Below, in pieces: positions 34,457-44,412 of a stretch of DNA of 64,000 nucleotides; positions within the stretch are counted from its first letter, which is position 1, and every line of letters begins with the position of its first letter. The stretch is from Acidobacteriota bacterium (lineage in GTDB: Bacteria; Acidobacteriota; Polarisedimenticolia; J045). The notes under the pieces are model-generated. The model was not told the DNA's origin. It made no database searches and worked only from the letters and a program-made list of their open reading frames with translations. The translations under genes were made by a program, and so were the position numbers. The DNA lies in assembly GCA_025456425.1 (NCBI GenBank), contig JALOKP010000008.1:552-64551 (forward strand), read 5' to 3'.

Positions 34457-35494
34457 TCAGCCGCGGTGGAGCGTGGCCCGCGTCGTGGCCTCGAGCGGCC
34501 CCGCCAGCGCATCGGCGACGACCGGTGCCGGGTCGGCGACGCCGGGCGCGAGCACGATCCGGTGCGCGAACAGCGGCCCGGCCAGCGCGGCCAGGTCGTC
34601 GGTCGAGACGAAATCGCGGCCGCGGCGCATGGCGCGGGCCTGCAGCGCCGGGACGGCCTGGACCAGAGAGCGCGTCGAGAGCCCCTGCGCCACCCTCGCG
34701 TCGGTGCGCGTCGCGCGCGCGAGATCGACCAGACACGAGCGCAGCTCGGGCGCGAAGCAGACCTCGCGCTCGACCGCGTCGCGCGCCGCGAGCAGTTCGC
34801 CGGGAGTGATCCTGGGAAGCGTGGAAGGGCCCGGGTGCAGCCGCTGGCGGTAGCTGGCGACGACCTCGAGCTCGGCCTCGCGCGCGATCGGCTCCATCCG
34901 GATCTTGAACAGGAAGCGGTCGAGCTGCGGTGCGGGGAGCGGGAAGGTGCCGGCCAGGCCGAGCGGGTTCTGGGTGGCGACGACCAGGAACAGCGGGTCG
35001 AGCGGATGGGTCACGTTGTCGACCGTGACCTGGCGCTCGGCCATCGCCTCGAGCAGCGCCGACTGCACCTTGGGCGAGGTCCGGTTGATCTCGTCGGCCA
35101 GCAGGACGTGCGCGAAGACCGGGCCCGGCACGAACTCGAAGCGGCCGTGCTCGGGGTCGAAGACCGAGACGCCGGTGATGTCGGAGGGGAGCAGGTCGGG
35201 CGTGAACTGCACGCGGCGGAAGGCCGAGAAGGGCGAGCCGTCGGCGTCGAGCGACGCGCCGAGCGCGCGGGCCAGCATCGTCTTCCCCGAGCCGGGGAAG
35301 TCCTCGAGCAGCACGTGCCCACCGGCGAGCCACGCGATCACGACCAGGTCGATCACCTCGTCGCGACCGACGATCGCCTCACCGAGCCGCGCGGCGACGC
35401 GCCGCGCCGTGTCGGCGGCCTGCTCGAGCCCCGCGCCACCGTGTCCGGCCGGGGTGGCGGTCCTGTCGTCGATCGTGCTGCCGTCCTGCTCCAC
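34457..35494 (-). CDS. MoxR-family AAA+ ATPase
   Basis: GHVLLEDFPGSGKTMLARALG (Walker A), LLADEINR (Walker B), typical MoxR length. Confidence 0.9.
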   Translation of the reverse strand: MEQDGSTIDDRTATPAGHGGAGLEQAADTARRVAARLGEAIVGRDEVIDLVVIAWLAGGHVLLEDFPGSGKTMLARALGASLDADGSPFSAFRRVQFTPDLLPSDITGVSVFDPEHGRFEFVPGPVFAHVLLADEINRTSPKVQSALLEAMAERQVTVDNVTHPLDPLFLVVATQNPLGLAGTFPLPAPQLDRFLFKIRMEPIAREAELEVVASYRQRLHPGPSTLPRITPGELLAARDAVEREVCFAPELRSCLVDLARATRTDARVAQGLSTRSLVQAVPALQARAMRRGRDFVSTDDLAALAGPLFAHRIVLAPGVADPAPVVADALAGPLEATTRATLHRG

Positions 35495-35515
35495 CGTCGG
35501 TCTCCCCGGCGCGCG

Positions 35516-37735
35516 TCAGCGGCTCCGGACCCAGCGCCACGGGTCCAGCCGGCCCCACCATACCCTCGCGCGCGCGCCGCGTCCCGCGTCGGTCGCACGC
35601 TGCTGCGCCACCGCGCGCGCCAGGCCGGCTGCTGCGCGCGGCTCGGCGGGCCGGCCGCCGAAGCGCGCGGCGAGATGCGCCGCGGTGAGCGGCTCGATCG
35701 CCGGCGCGGCCGCCGCCGCACGGGCGGCGAAGGCCTCGCGCGTCTCGCCGGTGGCGCGGACCAGTCCCGTCTCCGCCAGCCGGTCGAGCGCGGCGCGCAG
35801 CGCCAGCCGCGCCGCCCGGTCCCGGCGCGCGAGCCGGGGGGCGAGCCGCCGCCACAGCTTCGCGGCGTGGCCCACGCCGGCCCAGGCCAGGAGCGCCGAG
35901 CCGAGCACCAGCAGCGTCTCCGCGCGGCCGGGCAGCCGGTAGGGGGCGGGCGTGCCGCGGCCGGCGCCGCCGGGGCGGGGGCGCGCCAGCTCGCCGAGCA
36001 GGCGCTGCAGGTCGAGGCTCGGCGCGGCCAGCGGCGGGTCGATCGACGGCGGCGAGGAGTCGATCGGGACCCAGCCGACGCCGTCGAGGTAGAGCTCGGC
36101 CCAGGCGTGCGCGTCGCCGGCGCGCAGCAGCAGGGCCGAGCCGCCGGCGCGGTCCGCGGCCTCGTAGGCGTAACCGGCGGCGACGCGCGAGGGGAGGCCC
36201 ATCGCGCGCAGCAGATAGGCCGTGGCGTGCGCGAGGTGCACGCAGTAGCCGATCCGGTCGCCGAACAGGAACGACCCCGTCGGGTCGTCGGCCGCGGCGT
36301 GCCGCGAGCGCAGCGAGTACTGCGTGTGCTCCTCGAGCCAGACCGCCACCGCGAGCGCGCGGGCCCACGGGTCGCCCGCGTACTCCGGGCGCAGCGTGGC
36401 GTCGATCTCCGCCGCCAGCGCGGCGTAGCGCGGATCCCGCGGCGCCTCGCGCAGCGCGGCGTCCTGCGCCGCGGGCCAGCGCGGGTCTCCCGCGGTCCGG
36501 CCGAGCAGCCGCGGCAGCTTCGCCGTCAGGACCATCGAGCGGGTGTCGTAGGTGCGGCGGAACAGCGCCGGGTCGGCGTTCGGGACCGACTCGATCGCGA
36601 ACCCGTCGGCCAGCACGGGGGGCAGGACGTGGTCGCGCACGAGCGAGACGGTGGCGTGAAGCGGGTCGCGGAACGCCCCGCCGGGGGGGAGCGCGCGGGT
36701 GTCGCGCGCGCCCGGCGCCGGGAAGCCGTCGAACAGGTCGGCGTCGAGCCCGGCGCCCTCGGCGTCCGCGCTGTCCCGCGCGCGGACCAGCCGCCGGCCG
36801 TTGTGGACCGCGAACGCGACCTGGCGGAAGTAGAAGACGCCGTTCGAGGGCTCGACGTCGTCGTGCAGGACGACCACCGCGACCGGCGCCTCGGCACCGG
36901 CCGAGGTGTAGTCGTCGCGGAACGGCGCCATCTCGTCGGGCCGCTCGCCGTGGCCGGGGCCGGGGACGGTCAGGCCCAGCGGGTTCTGCCCGCCGCGCGG
37001 TGCTTGAGGCCGCTCCCCGCCCGCGCCGCCGCCGCGCTCGCCGCGCGGGTCGCCGGCGAGCCGCAGCGGGTCCTCCGACGGCAACCGCAGCAGCCCGAGC
37101 CCGGGGGCGAAGCGGATCAGCGTCACCGCCGCCAGGAGCAGCAGCAGACCGGCCAGCCAGGCCCGTCGTGCCCGGCCGGGGCGGTAGAGCGCGAGCGAGC
37201 CCACGACGCCGGCGATCGCGCCAAGCGCAGAGAAGACCAGCGCCGGGTGCCACCCCGTGAGGAAGGCGCGGTCCGAAACGGCGTACGGGAGGTGGATCGC
37301 ACCGCCGCGGTGCGGTGCCAGCAGCAGCGCGGCCGCGCCGACCAGCGCCGTGAGCGGAAGCACCCGCATCGCGGGCACGCGGGCCGCGGCGTGCGCCAGC
37401 AGCAGCGCGCCGGCGAGCGCCGGCGCGCCGAGCGCCAGGGCTTCGCGTCCGCGCGCCAGCAGCAGGGGCCAGGGAACGAGTCCGGGGGGTAGCCGATCGA
37501 GCAGCGCCGTCGCCAGCGCGCCGGCGAGCACGACCAGCAGCGCGGCCGCGGGGACGACGAAGGCCCGCGCGCGGCTGCGCGCGGTCCGCGCGCCGGCGAG
37601 ACCGCCGAGCAGCGCCGCGCCGATCGCGATCGCCAGGCCCGTCGGGCTCGCGGCCGGTGCGAAGAGCAGCCCGGCCGCCGCGCCCAGCACGAGCGCGATC
37701 GGGAGCCCCTGCCGCCGCGGGACCGGGGCCGTCAT
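35516..37735 (-). CDS. Transglutaminase-like membrane protein (TgpA-like)
   Basis: N-terminal TM bundle. Transglutaminase core GYCVHLAHATAYLLRAMGLPSRVAAGY...GDAHAWAELYLDGVGWVPID (Cys-His-Asp). Confidence 0.8.
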   Translation of the reverse strand: MTAPVPRRQGLPIALVLGAAAGLLFAPAASPTGLAIAIGAALLGGLAGARTARSRARAFVVPAAALLVVLAGALATALLDRLPPGLVPWPLLLARGREALALGAPALAGALLLAHAAARVPAMRVLPLTALVGAAALLLAPHRGGAIHLPYAVSDRAFLTGWHPALVFSALGAIAGVVGSLALYRPGRARRAWLAGLLLLLAAVTLIRFAPGLGLLRLPSEDPLRLAGDPRGERGGGAGGERPQAPRGGQNPLGLTVPGPGHGERPDEMAPFRDDYTSAGAEAPVAVVVLHDDVEPSNGVFYFRQVAFAVHNGRRLVRARDSADAEGAGLDADLFDGFPAPGARDTRALPPGGAFRDPLHATVSLVRDHVLPPVLADGFAIESVPNADPALFRRTYDTRSMVLTAKLPRLLGRTAGDPRWPAAQDAALREAPRDPRYAALAAEIDATLRPEYAGDPWARALAVAVWLEEHTQYSLRSRHAAADDPTGSFLFGDRIGYCVHLAHATAYLLRAMGLPSRVAAGYAYEAADRAGGSALLLRAGDAHAWAELYLDGVGWVPIDSSPPSIDPPLAAPSLDLQRLLGELARPRPGGAGRGTPAPYRLPGRAETLLVLGSALLAWAGVGHAAKLWRRLAPRLARRDRAARLALRAALDRLAETGLVRATGETREAFAARAAAAAPAIEPLTAAHLAARFGGRPAEPRAAAGLARAVAQQRATDAGRGARARVWWGRLDPWRWVRSR

Positions 37736-39045
37736 CGCGCAGCCCCGGCCGCAGCCTGCGGCTCCATCCCGGACAGGACGGCGAGCCGGCCGCTGACCCG
37801 GTCGGCGAGGACGAGCCGAGCGCCGCTGGTGACGAGCGGGGCGAGCCCGCGCGCCAGCGCGTCGAAGGGCGGGCGCGCGGGCTCGCCGCGAAGCAGCGCG
37901 CGCTCCAGCAGCGCCGGCCGCTCGGCGTCCGGCCCGATGTCAGCAGCCGCGACGATCGCGAAGCGCGACGGGTCGGTGGCGACCGACGCCAGCACCCGCG
38001 GAAGCCAGGCGCCGGCGTCCGCCGGTACGGCCAGCAGCACCGGGCTGCCCGGTTCGGCCGCGCCGAGCGCGAGCGCCGCGGCGAGGTCGGCTCCGCCGCG
38101 GCCGCGGTGCGCGGAGGAGGCGGCCAGCAGGTCGAGCGCTCGCGGCAGCTCACACACCGGCACCGGCGCGCCGTCGCAGGCGAACGGAAGGTCGTCGCCG
38201 AACAGCCCGCTCTCCAGCACGACGCGCGCGGCCGCCGCGGCGGCGTCGTCCTGCTCGCCGGCGACGAGGTAGAGCAGCGGCCGCCCTTCGGGGGCGCGGG
38301 CCGGCTCGGGGGCGCGCACCATGAGCTGCCGCGATCGCGCGTAAACCTTCCAGAGGATCAGGCGCGCGGGATCGGAGCGGGTGTAGGTCCGGAAGTCGAC
38401 GAGGTCACCACGCGGCGGCCCGGTGGGCCACGCCAGCAGGTCGCCGCAGGCCAGGCTGGCCGCCAGCTCGGCCGCCGCCAGCCGCCCCGGATCGGGCAGC
38501 GCACGGACGGAGCGGGGCTGCGTCATGCGCGCCGCGAAGCGCCAGAGCCCCAGGAGGTCCTCCGCGCCCAGCTCGCGCACGATCGCTTCGGCCAGGGCGC
38601 GGTCGGGAAAGGTCACCTGTTCGCTCCACTGCGGCGCCCCGGGGGCGGGCGAGACGTCGGCCACCGGCGAGAGCCAGCGCAGCCGGGGCGTCGCCGCGAG
38701 CGGCACCACGCGGACCGGGAGCACAAGGCCGGTCGCGACCGGACGCCCCACGACCCCCTCCAGCCGGGCGCCGCCGCCGGCGCCCGCCCGGCGCAGGTCG
38801 CGCCGCGCCAGTGCCAGCGAGAGGGCGGCGGCGGCCCCGCTCGCGGCGAGCAGCGCCAGGCCCCACAGCGCCGCGATCGTGACGACCAGGTCGATCCGCC
38901 CGCGCCCGTACCAGAGCGCCCCGCCGGCCGCCGCCAGCAGGAACAGGCCCGCCGGCCGGATCGGGACCGCGCGGACCCACGCGGAAAGGCGCTGGAGCGC
39001 CGGCGTTCCGCGGCGGAAGGGCGCCGCCTGAGGCGCGGTCGGCAT
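37732..39045 (-). CDS. DUF58-family protein
   Basis: ATG at 39045. Two N-terminal TM helices. DFRTYTRSDPARLILWKVYARS matches the DUF58 signature. ATGA overlap with the transglutaminase gene, in the common MoxR/DUF58/TGase grouping. Confidence 0.7.
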   Translation of the reverse strand: MPTAPQAAPFRRGTPALQRLSAWVRAVPIRPAGLFLLAAAGGALWYGRGRIDLVVTIAALWGLALLAASGAAAALSLALARRDLRRAGAGGGARLEGVVGRPVATGLVLPVRVVPLAATPRLRWLSPVADVSPAPGAPQWSEQVTFPDRALAEAIVRELGAEDLLGLWRFAARMTQPRSVRALPDPGRLAAAELAASLACGDLLAWPTGPPRGDLVDFRTYTRSDPARLILWKVYARSRQLMVRAPEPARAPEGRPLLYLVAGEQDDAAAAAARVVLESGLFGDDLPFACDGAPVPVCELPRALDLLAASSAHRGRGGADLAAALALGAAEPGSPVLLAVPADAGAWLPRVLASVATDPSRFAIVAAADIGPDAERPALLERALLRGEPARPPFDALARGLAPLVTSGARLVLADRVSGRLAVLSGMEPQAAAGAAR

Positions 39046-39181
39046 CGGCGCGAGTGTAGAGGGAGGGCGGGGGCGGTGCGAGCCGCCGGCCGGGCCCGAG
39101 GGGGCCGCGCGACCGGCTGGTCGGCGGCGCGGAATGCACTCACAATGCGCCGGTTGCCGGCCGGACGGCCGGCCCGAGGTG

Positions 39182-40327
39182 ATGAAACAGATGAGCCAGC
39201 CCGGAACGGAACAGCGGGTCGTGCGCGGGGCCCTCCTCGCGCTGGTCGTGGTGGCGGTGGCGTCGGCGCCGGCCTGCCGCAAGGGGAAGCCGGAGAAGCC
39301 GGAGTCGCCGCTCGACAAGATTCCGACCAAGGAGGCGGTCGTGATCGTCGGCGACCGCAAGATCTCGGGGGCCTGGCTCCGCAACTGGTGCGCGACGCAG
39401 GAGCTGCAGTTCCTGCGCGGCGGGATGCCCGGCCAGGTCGACGAGTTCTCCTTGGTCCAGGCCGGGCGGCAGATCCTGACGAAAGTCGTGCTGATCGCGG
39501 GCGAGGCCGAGCGCCGCGGGCTGACCGTCAGCGATCAGGAGATCCAGGACCAGCTCTCGAAGGAGATGAAGCTCTTCCCCTCGACCGAGGCCTGGCGCGA
39601 CCGGATGACCGCCTCGGGGATGACGGTCGAGGAGCGCAAGGAGCAGATCCGGCTCGAGCTGCTCTTCAACAAGTACCGCGAGCAGATCGCGACCCCCGAG
39701 GTGATCAAGACCCGCGCCAACCCGGAGATGGCGAAGGAGTACTACGACCGCTACCCGCAGCAGTTCGAGCGCCCGCGGCAGGTCCACCTGGCGCACATCA
39801 TGCGCTCGGTCGCCAAGGACGCCCCGATCGACCAGCGCGAGAAGGAGCGCGCCAACATCGAGAAGGCGCGCGGGCGCATCTCCAGCGGCGAGAAGTTCGA
39901 GGACGTGGCCCGCGAGGTTTCGACCGACGTCTCGGCGATCAAGGGGGGCGACATCAAGTGGGTCGACGAGCGGGCCCCGATCGCTCCGGAGATCAAGGCC
40001 AAGGTGCTGATCCTGAAGCCGGGCGAGATGACCGAGATCATCGAGTCGCCGGCGGGCTATCACATCTTCCAGGCGATCGAGGTGCAGGAGCCCGGCGTCG
40101 TACCGTTCGCCGAGGCGCAGGAAGGGATCCAGAAGCAGCTGCTCGAAAAGGCCCTGCTGGTCTCGATGGAGCGCGCCGCCGCCGACCTGCAGCAGCAGAC
40201 CAAGGTCCAGTTCCTCGACCTCACGCCCTACATCGGCAAGCCGCCCGAGAAGGCCCCCGACGCCCCGGCCACCGCGGGTGGGCCGCCGCCGCCGTCGCCG
40301 CCCGCGGGAGCCCCGCCCGCGAACTGA
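39182..40327 (+). CDS. Parvulin-type peptidyl-prolyl isomerase (SurA/PrsA-like)
   Basis: Signal or lipoprotein-like N-terminus (ALLALVVVAVASAPAC). PpiC domain RQVHLAHIM...GGDIKWV...PGEMTEIIESPAGYHIFQ. Confidence 0.8.
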   Translation: MKQMSQPGTEQRVVRGALLALVVVAVASAPACRKGKPEKPESPLDKIPTKEAVVIVGDRKISGAWLRNWCATQELQFLRGGMPGQVDEFSLVQAGRQILTKVVLIAGEAERRGLTVSDQEIQDQLSKEMKLFPSTEAWRDRMTASGMTVEERKEQIRLELLFNKYREQIATPEVIKTRANPEMAKEYYDRYPQQFERPRQVHLAHIMRSVAKDAPIDQREKERANIEKARGRISSGEKFEDVAREVSTDVSAIKGGDIKWVDERAPIAPEIKAKVLILKPGEMTEIIESPAGYHIFQAIEVQEPGVVPFAEAQEGIQKQLLEKALLVSMERAAADLQQQTKVQFLDLTPYIGKPPEKAPDAPATAGGPPPPSPPAGAPPAN

Positions 40328-40349
40328 GCGACGCCCTCCTCGAAAGGCG

Positions 40350-42578
40350 TCAGGGCCGGCGGCGGGCCCACCACACGAGGCCGGCCGCCGCCAGCGTCAG
40401 GAGCGGCAGGCCGGCCGTCGCCCCGAGGGAGACCCACGCCGTCTCGCGCCGCGTGAGGGCGATCCGCGCCAGCGGACGCTCGCGCGCCGGGACCGAGAGC
40501 GGCGCCTCGTCCGGCAGCAGCCAGCCCACCGTCGAGTTCGCGAGCCCGCGGTTCGCCAGCTGGTCGATCGCGGCGTTCGCGAACAGATCGGCGTCCCCGG
40601 CGGCGACGATCCGCCCCGCGCCCGCCTGCGAGGCGGCGGCGAGCGTCAGCGGCCCGGGCGAATCGGGACCGTCGCGCACGAGCCCGCGCGCGGCGTCGCC
40701 CGGGGCCGTCTCGCCCCACGCCTCCGGCGAGGTGCGGACCAGCGGGCGCGGGGCGCCCTGCGGCGCGTGGTTGGCGTGGTCGTGGTCGCCGGACTCCCCG
40801 TGCTCCGCGCCCGCATATCCGCCCGGCGCGGCGAGCGAGCGGGCCAGCCGCACCAGCACCGGCATGTCGGCGACCGGGGTCCCCAGCGGGTCGCGCGGGT
40901 TGGCGAAGGCGTAGAAGCTCTCGGGCCCGAAGGCGGGCAGGCCATGGGCCGGGTCGAGTACCACGTCGTCGCGTGGCGCGAGGCCGGCCGCCTCGAGCAG
41001 CGGCTCGAGCCCGCTCGCGGCGAAGCCTCCACCCCCGGCGAGCGGAACGGGCTCCAGCAGCAGCAGCGCCGAGCCGCCGTCCGCGACGAAGCGGGCGAGC
41101 GCGTCGCGCTCGGCGGGGAGCCACGGCGCCAGCGGCCCGGCGACGATCACGAGGTCGGTCCCCTCCGGGACGGCGCTCGCGCCGAGCGCGTCCCACCGCT
41201 GAACGTCGAGGTCGGCGCGCGCCAGCAGTTCGGCCCAGCGCGACAGACCCGCCTCGCCGGGGGCCGCCGGATCGCGCTCGCCGTGGCCGGTCGCGAAGCG
41301 CACGACCGGGCGGCGCGCGCGGGTCACGGCGCGGATCGCCTCGAGCAGCGCCCCCTCTGCGCGCAGTGCCCGGACCGCCGGCGCGCCGTCCCAGGTCAGC
41401 GCGCCGTCGTAGTGGACGAGTTCCTCGGCCCGCACCACGCGGCGCCGCGGGCCGCTCTCGACCACCACCGCGTTGACGCTCTCGCGGAGCGGATCGAGCC
41501 CCAGCTCGCGCAGCCGCATCGGCGACCGCAGCGGGTCGACCCGCTCGAACGCCAGCCGCTCCGGCGCCGCGGCGGCGAGCGTCGCCACCACGGCGTCCAG
41601 CTCGACCGCGGCGTCCGCCGGCAGCTCGCCGGCCGGGTGGAGCAGCGAGACGATCCGCACCGGCGCGGGGAGCGCCGCCAGGGCTCCGGCCGTGCCGGGC
41701 GAGAGCGTGTAGAGCCGCGCCGCCGTGAAGTCCCAGGCTGGACCGCCCCGCGCCGCGGCGGCGTTGGCCAGCGCGAAGACCGCCAGCGCCGCGGCCGGCC
41801 CCCCCCAGCCCCGCGCGCGCCCCCCTGCGCCGCCGCGCAGCCGCTCGACCAGCGCCGCCGCGAGCGCCGTGAAGACCAGCGTCCCGGTCAGCGGGTAGAC
41901 CAGCCGCCGGGCCGCGACCCGGCCGCGCGACAGCTCGTCCATCGCCGCCACCAGGTCGAACTGGTCCCAGGCCGCCCGGGCCGCGGGGGTCGTTGCGATC
42001 GCGCCGGCCGCGAGCGGCAGCGTGAAGAGCGCGACCAGCAGCACGAACCCCAGCGCCGCCGCGACGACCTGGTTGCGGGTCGTGGCCGAAGCGAACAGGC
42101 CGGCCGACAGCAGGTACAGCCCGACCACGACCAGCCCGGTCAGCCCGGCGGCCGCGGCGGGCAGGTCGAGCCGGCCGGCGGTCGCCAGCACGCCGAGGAA
42201 GAGCGGGAAGGGGGCGAGCAGCGCGAGGTAGAAGACGAGCGCCCCGAGCAGCTTGCCCGCCGCGATCCCGCCGCCGCTGACGGGGGCGGCCAGCAGCAGC
42301 TCGATCGAGCCCGACTGCCGCTCCTCGGCCAGGAGGCGCATCGTCAGGAGCGGCAGCACGACCAGCAGCGGCAGCCAGAACAGGCTGGCGGTGAAGAGTA
42401 CGCGCTGGACCTCGAGCAGCGGCGCCGAGCCGATCCCCGGCAGCGCCAGCAGCGTGCTGAAGGCGTAGCCGAGCAGGGCGCTGGTCGCGGCCAGCACGAC
42501 CCAGGCCAGCGGCTGCTGGAACAGCGCCAGCAGTTCGCGGCGCGCGATCCGTGTCGCGTGCGCCAGCGGCCGGATCAT
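40350..42578 (-). CDS. Fused ABC-2 permease (GldF-like) and GldG-like auxiliary domain
   Basis: ATG at 42578 (MIRPLAHATRIARREL) gives an ATGA overlap with the ATPase gene. N-terminal 6-TM ABC-2 region, large GldG-like domain, C-terminal TM anchor. Confidence 0.7.
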   Translation of the reverse strand: MIRPLAHATRIARRELLALFQQPLAWVVLAATSALLGYAFSTLLALPGIGSAPLLEVQRVLFTASLFWLPLLVVLPLLTMRLLAEERQSGSIELLLAAPVSGGGIAAGKLLGALVFYLALLAPFPLFLGVLATAGRLDLPAAAAGLTGLVVVGLYLLSAGLFASATTRNQVVAAALGFVLLVALFTLPLAAGAIATTPAARAAWDQFDLVAAMDELSRGRVAARRLVYPLTGTLVFTALAAALVERLRGGAGGRARGWGGPAAALAVFALANAAAARGGPAWDFTAARLYTLSPGTAGALAALPAPVRIVSLLHPAGELPADAAVELDAVVATLAAAAPERLAFERVDPLRSPMRLRELGLDPLRESVNAVVVESGPRRRVVRAEELVHYDGALTWDGAPAVRALRAEGALLEAIRAVTRARRPVVRFATGHGERDPAAPGEAGLSRWAELLARADLDVQRWDALGASAVPEGTDLVIVAGPLAPWLPAERDALARFVADGGSALLLLEPVPLAGGGGFAASGLEPLLEAAGLAPRDDVVLDPAHGLPAFGPESFYAFANPRDPLGTPVADMPVLVRLARSLAAPGGYAGAEHGESGDHDHANHAPQGAPRPLVRTSPEAWGETAPGDAARGLVRDGPDSPGPLTLAAASQAGAGRIVAAGDADLFANAAIDQLANRGLANSTVGWLLPDEAPLSVPARERPLARIALTRRETAWVSLGATAGLPLLTLAAAGLVWWARRRP

Positions 42579-43504
42579 CGCGGCCGGCCCTGCAGCGTCG
42601 CCGCGAGAAAGGCCTCTTCGAGCGTCGGCATCCGGCGCGTCAGCTCGCGCAGGGTGATTCCGCGCGCGGCCGCGGCCTGGCCCACCGCCGCGCGCAGGTC
42701 CTCGGTCCCGGTCCACTCGAGGCGGCTCCAGCCGTCCTCCAGCGCACGGATCGTCGGCGCGCCGTCCCGCGCCGCAACGGCCTCGGCCAGGGCCGAAGCG
42801 TCGGCCGACGGGCACTCGGCGCGCGTCGCGCCGCCGACGGCGCCGGCGCGCAGCGCGGCCACCGTCCCCTCGGCGGCGACGCGGCCGCCGTCGAGGATCA
42901 CGACGCGGTCGCAGGTCTCCTCGACCTCCGGCAGCAGGTGCGACGAGAAGAGCACCGCGCGCCGGGCCGCGAGCGCGCGGACCAGCGCCCGCGTTTCGGC
43001 GGCCTGCGCCGGGTCGAGCCCCGCGGTCGGCTCGTCGAGCACCAGCGCCGGCGGTCCGCCCAGGAGGGCCGCCGCCAGCCCGACCCGCTGGCGATAGCCG
43101 CGGGAGAGGGCGCCGATCAGCATCCGCGCCGCGTCGGCCAGGCGGCAGGACTCGACCGCCTCGGCGATCGCTGCCGGGCGAGCCCGGCGCGGCAGGTCGC
43201 AGAGCGCGGCGCGGAAGGCGAGGAACTCGACGACCCGCAGCTCGGGGGGCAAGGCGAGCTGTTCGGGCAGGTAGCCCAGGCGGCGCCGCGCCTCGAGCGG
43301 TCGCGCGAGGGCGTCGACGCCGTCGATCCGGACCGTCCCCTCGTCCGGCCGCAGCACCCCCGCGACCAGCCGCAGCGTCGTCGTCTTGCCGGCGCCGTTC
43401 GGCCCCAGGAGGCCGAGCACTTCGCCCGGCGCGGCCGCGAACCCGACGCCGTCCACGGCGCGAACCCGCCCGAAGCGGCGGGCCAGCCGATCGGCCTCGA
43501 TCAC
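42575..43504 (-). CDS. ABC transporter ATP-binding protein (GldA-like)
   Basis: GTG at 43504. Walker A GPNGAGKTT, signature LSRGYRQR, Walker B LVLDEPTAGLD. Confidence 0.9.
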   Translation of the reverse strand: MIEADRLARRFGRVRAVDGVGFAAAPGEVLGLLGPNGAGKTTTLRLVAGVLRPDEGTVRIDGVDALARPLEARRRLGYLPEQLALPPELRVVEFLAFRAALCDLPRRARPAAIAEAVESCRLADAARMLIGALSRGYRQRVGLAAALLGGPPALVLDEPTAGLDPAQAAETRALVRALAARRAVLFSSHLLPEVEETCDRVVILDGGRVAAEGTVAALRAGAVGGATRAECPSADASALAEAVAARDGAPTIRALEDGWSRLEWTGTEDLRAAVGQAAAARGITLRELTRRMPTLEEAFLAATLQGRPR

Positions 43505-44412
43505 CGGGGTAGCCCGGGTCCCGGTCCCGGGGGCGGCTCGGGGATCGGCAGGCGCTCCGGGGCGTTCCAGGTCAGGGGGGGAATCTCGTCCTTCACGGTC
43601 GTGCCGAAGAAGCGGTACCCCTCGTAGGTCACGACCTGCCGCGAGACGGTGCGGCGCTCGTCCTCGTGGACCAGCTGGAAGGTCAGCAGCTCGACCCGCG
43701 TCGGGTAGGTGTAGCCCTCGTGCTCGAAGTCGAACTCGATCGTCAGCTCGACGCCGAGCGGCGGCGGCGCGAAGGCGATGCCGATGAAGCGGAAGGCGGT
43801 CAGGTAGCGCGCCAACTCGGTCTCGAGGCGCTCGTCCTGCAGGCTCGGCCGGGCCACCACGCGCACCATGTTCCCGGTGCGGTACTCGACCTCCGCGGTG
43901 CCGGTCCACTCGGTGATCCGGCGCTGTCCGGCGACCGGCGCCGAGGTCATCCACGAGACCGGGATCGCCAGCTTGTAGGGCGTGGTGTGCCACTCCCCGA
44001 CCTGGAACCGCAGCGTGGAGCGGATCCCCGGGCGGAAGACCTGCGTCCACAGCATCGCGTCGGGGAAGGGGAGGTCGACCCGCTCCTCCTTCGTCTCGCC
44101 GGGGCGGGTGCGGAAGGCGCGGAACCCCTCCGGCCCCGCCTCCTCGCGCACCAGCAGGTAGTCGTAGGTCTCGACCTTCTCGCGCTTCGCCTCCTCGCCC
44201 TCGTACCTCGCCTCGCGCACGTTCTCCTGGACCGAGAACCCCAGCGCGCGCCGCGCGTAGCCGCTCGACTTGGCCTCGAGCACGCGCGCCAGCTCCTCCG
44301 GGAGCGGGGCCCAGGCGGGGGCCGCCGGCCCGGGTTCCCCTGAGCCGGACGGGCCGGCGCCCGTGGCGAGGAGCAGCGACAGGGCGGCAAGGGCCGCGGC
44401 CCGCGGCCTCAC
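43501..44412 (-). CDS. Secreted hypothetical protein
   Basis: GTG at 44412 overlaps the add stop. Signal peptide (AAALAALSLLLATGAG). Non-repetitive composition with a Pro-rich end. Confidence 0.45.
   Translation of the reverse strand: MRPRAAALAALSLLLATGAGPSGSGEPGPAAPAWAPLPEELARVLEAKSSGYARRALGFSVQENVREARYEGEEAKREKVETYDYLLVREEAGPEGFRAFRTRPGETKEERVDLPFPDAMLWTQVFRPGIRSTLRFQVGEWHTTPYKLAIPVSWMTSAPVAGQRRITEWTGTAEVEYRTGNMVRVVARPSLQDERLETELARYLTAFRFIGIAFAPPPLGVELTIEFDFEHEGYTYPTRVELLTFQLVHEDERRTVSRQVVTYEGYRFFGTTVKDEIPPLTWNAPERLPIPEPPPGPGPGLPR

Noticed and set aside
32879-40914. Very long plus-strand ORFs (32879..37492, 1537 aa; 37657..40914, 1085 aa) and similar ORFs such as the N-terminal 1000 aa of 5701..9474
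   Set aside because: They are antisense or off-frame to well-supported genes (TPR protein, MoxR, transglutaminase, DUF58, PPIase, Ser/Thr kinase) and have Arg/Pro/Gly/Ala-dominated composition. They are GC-content artefacts.
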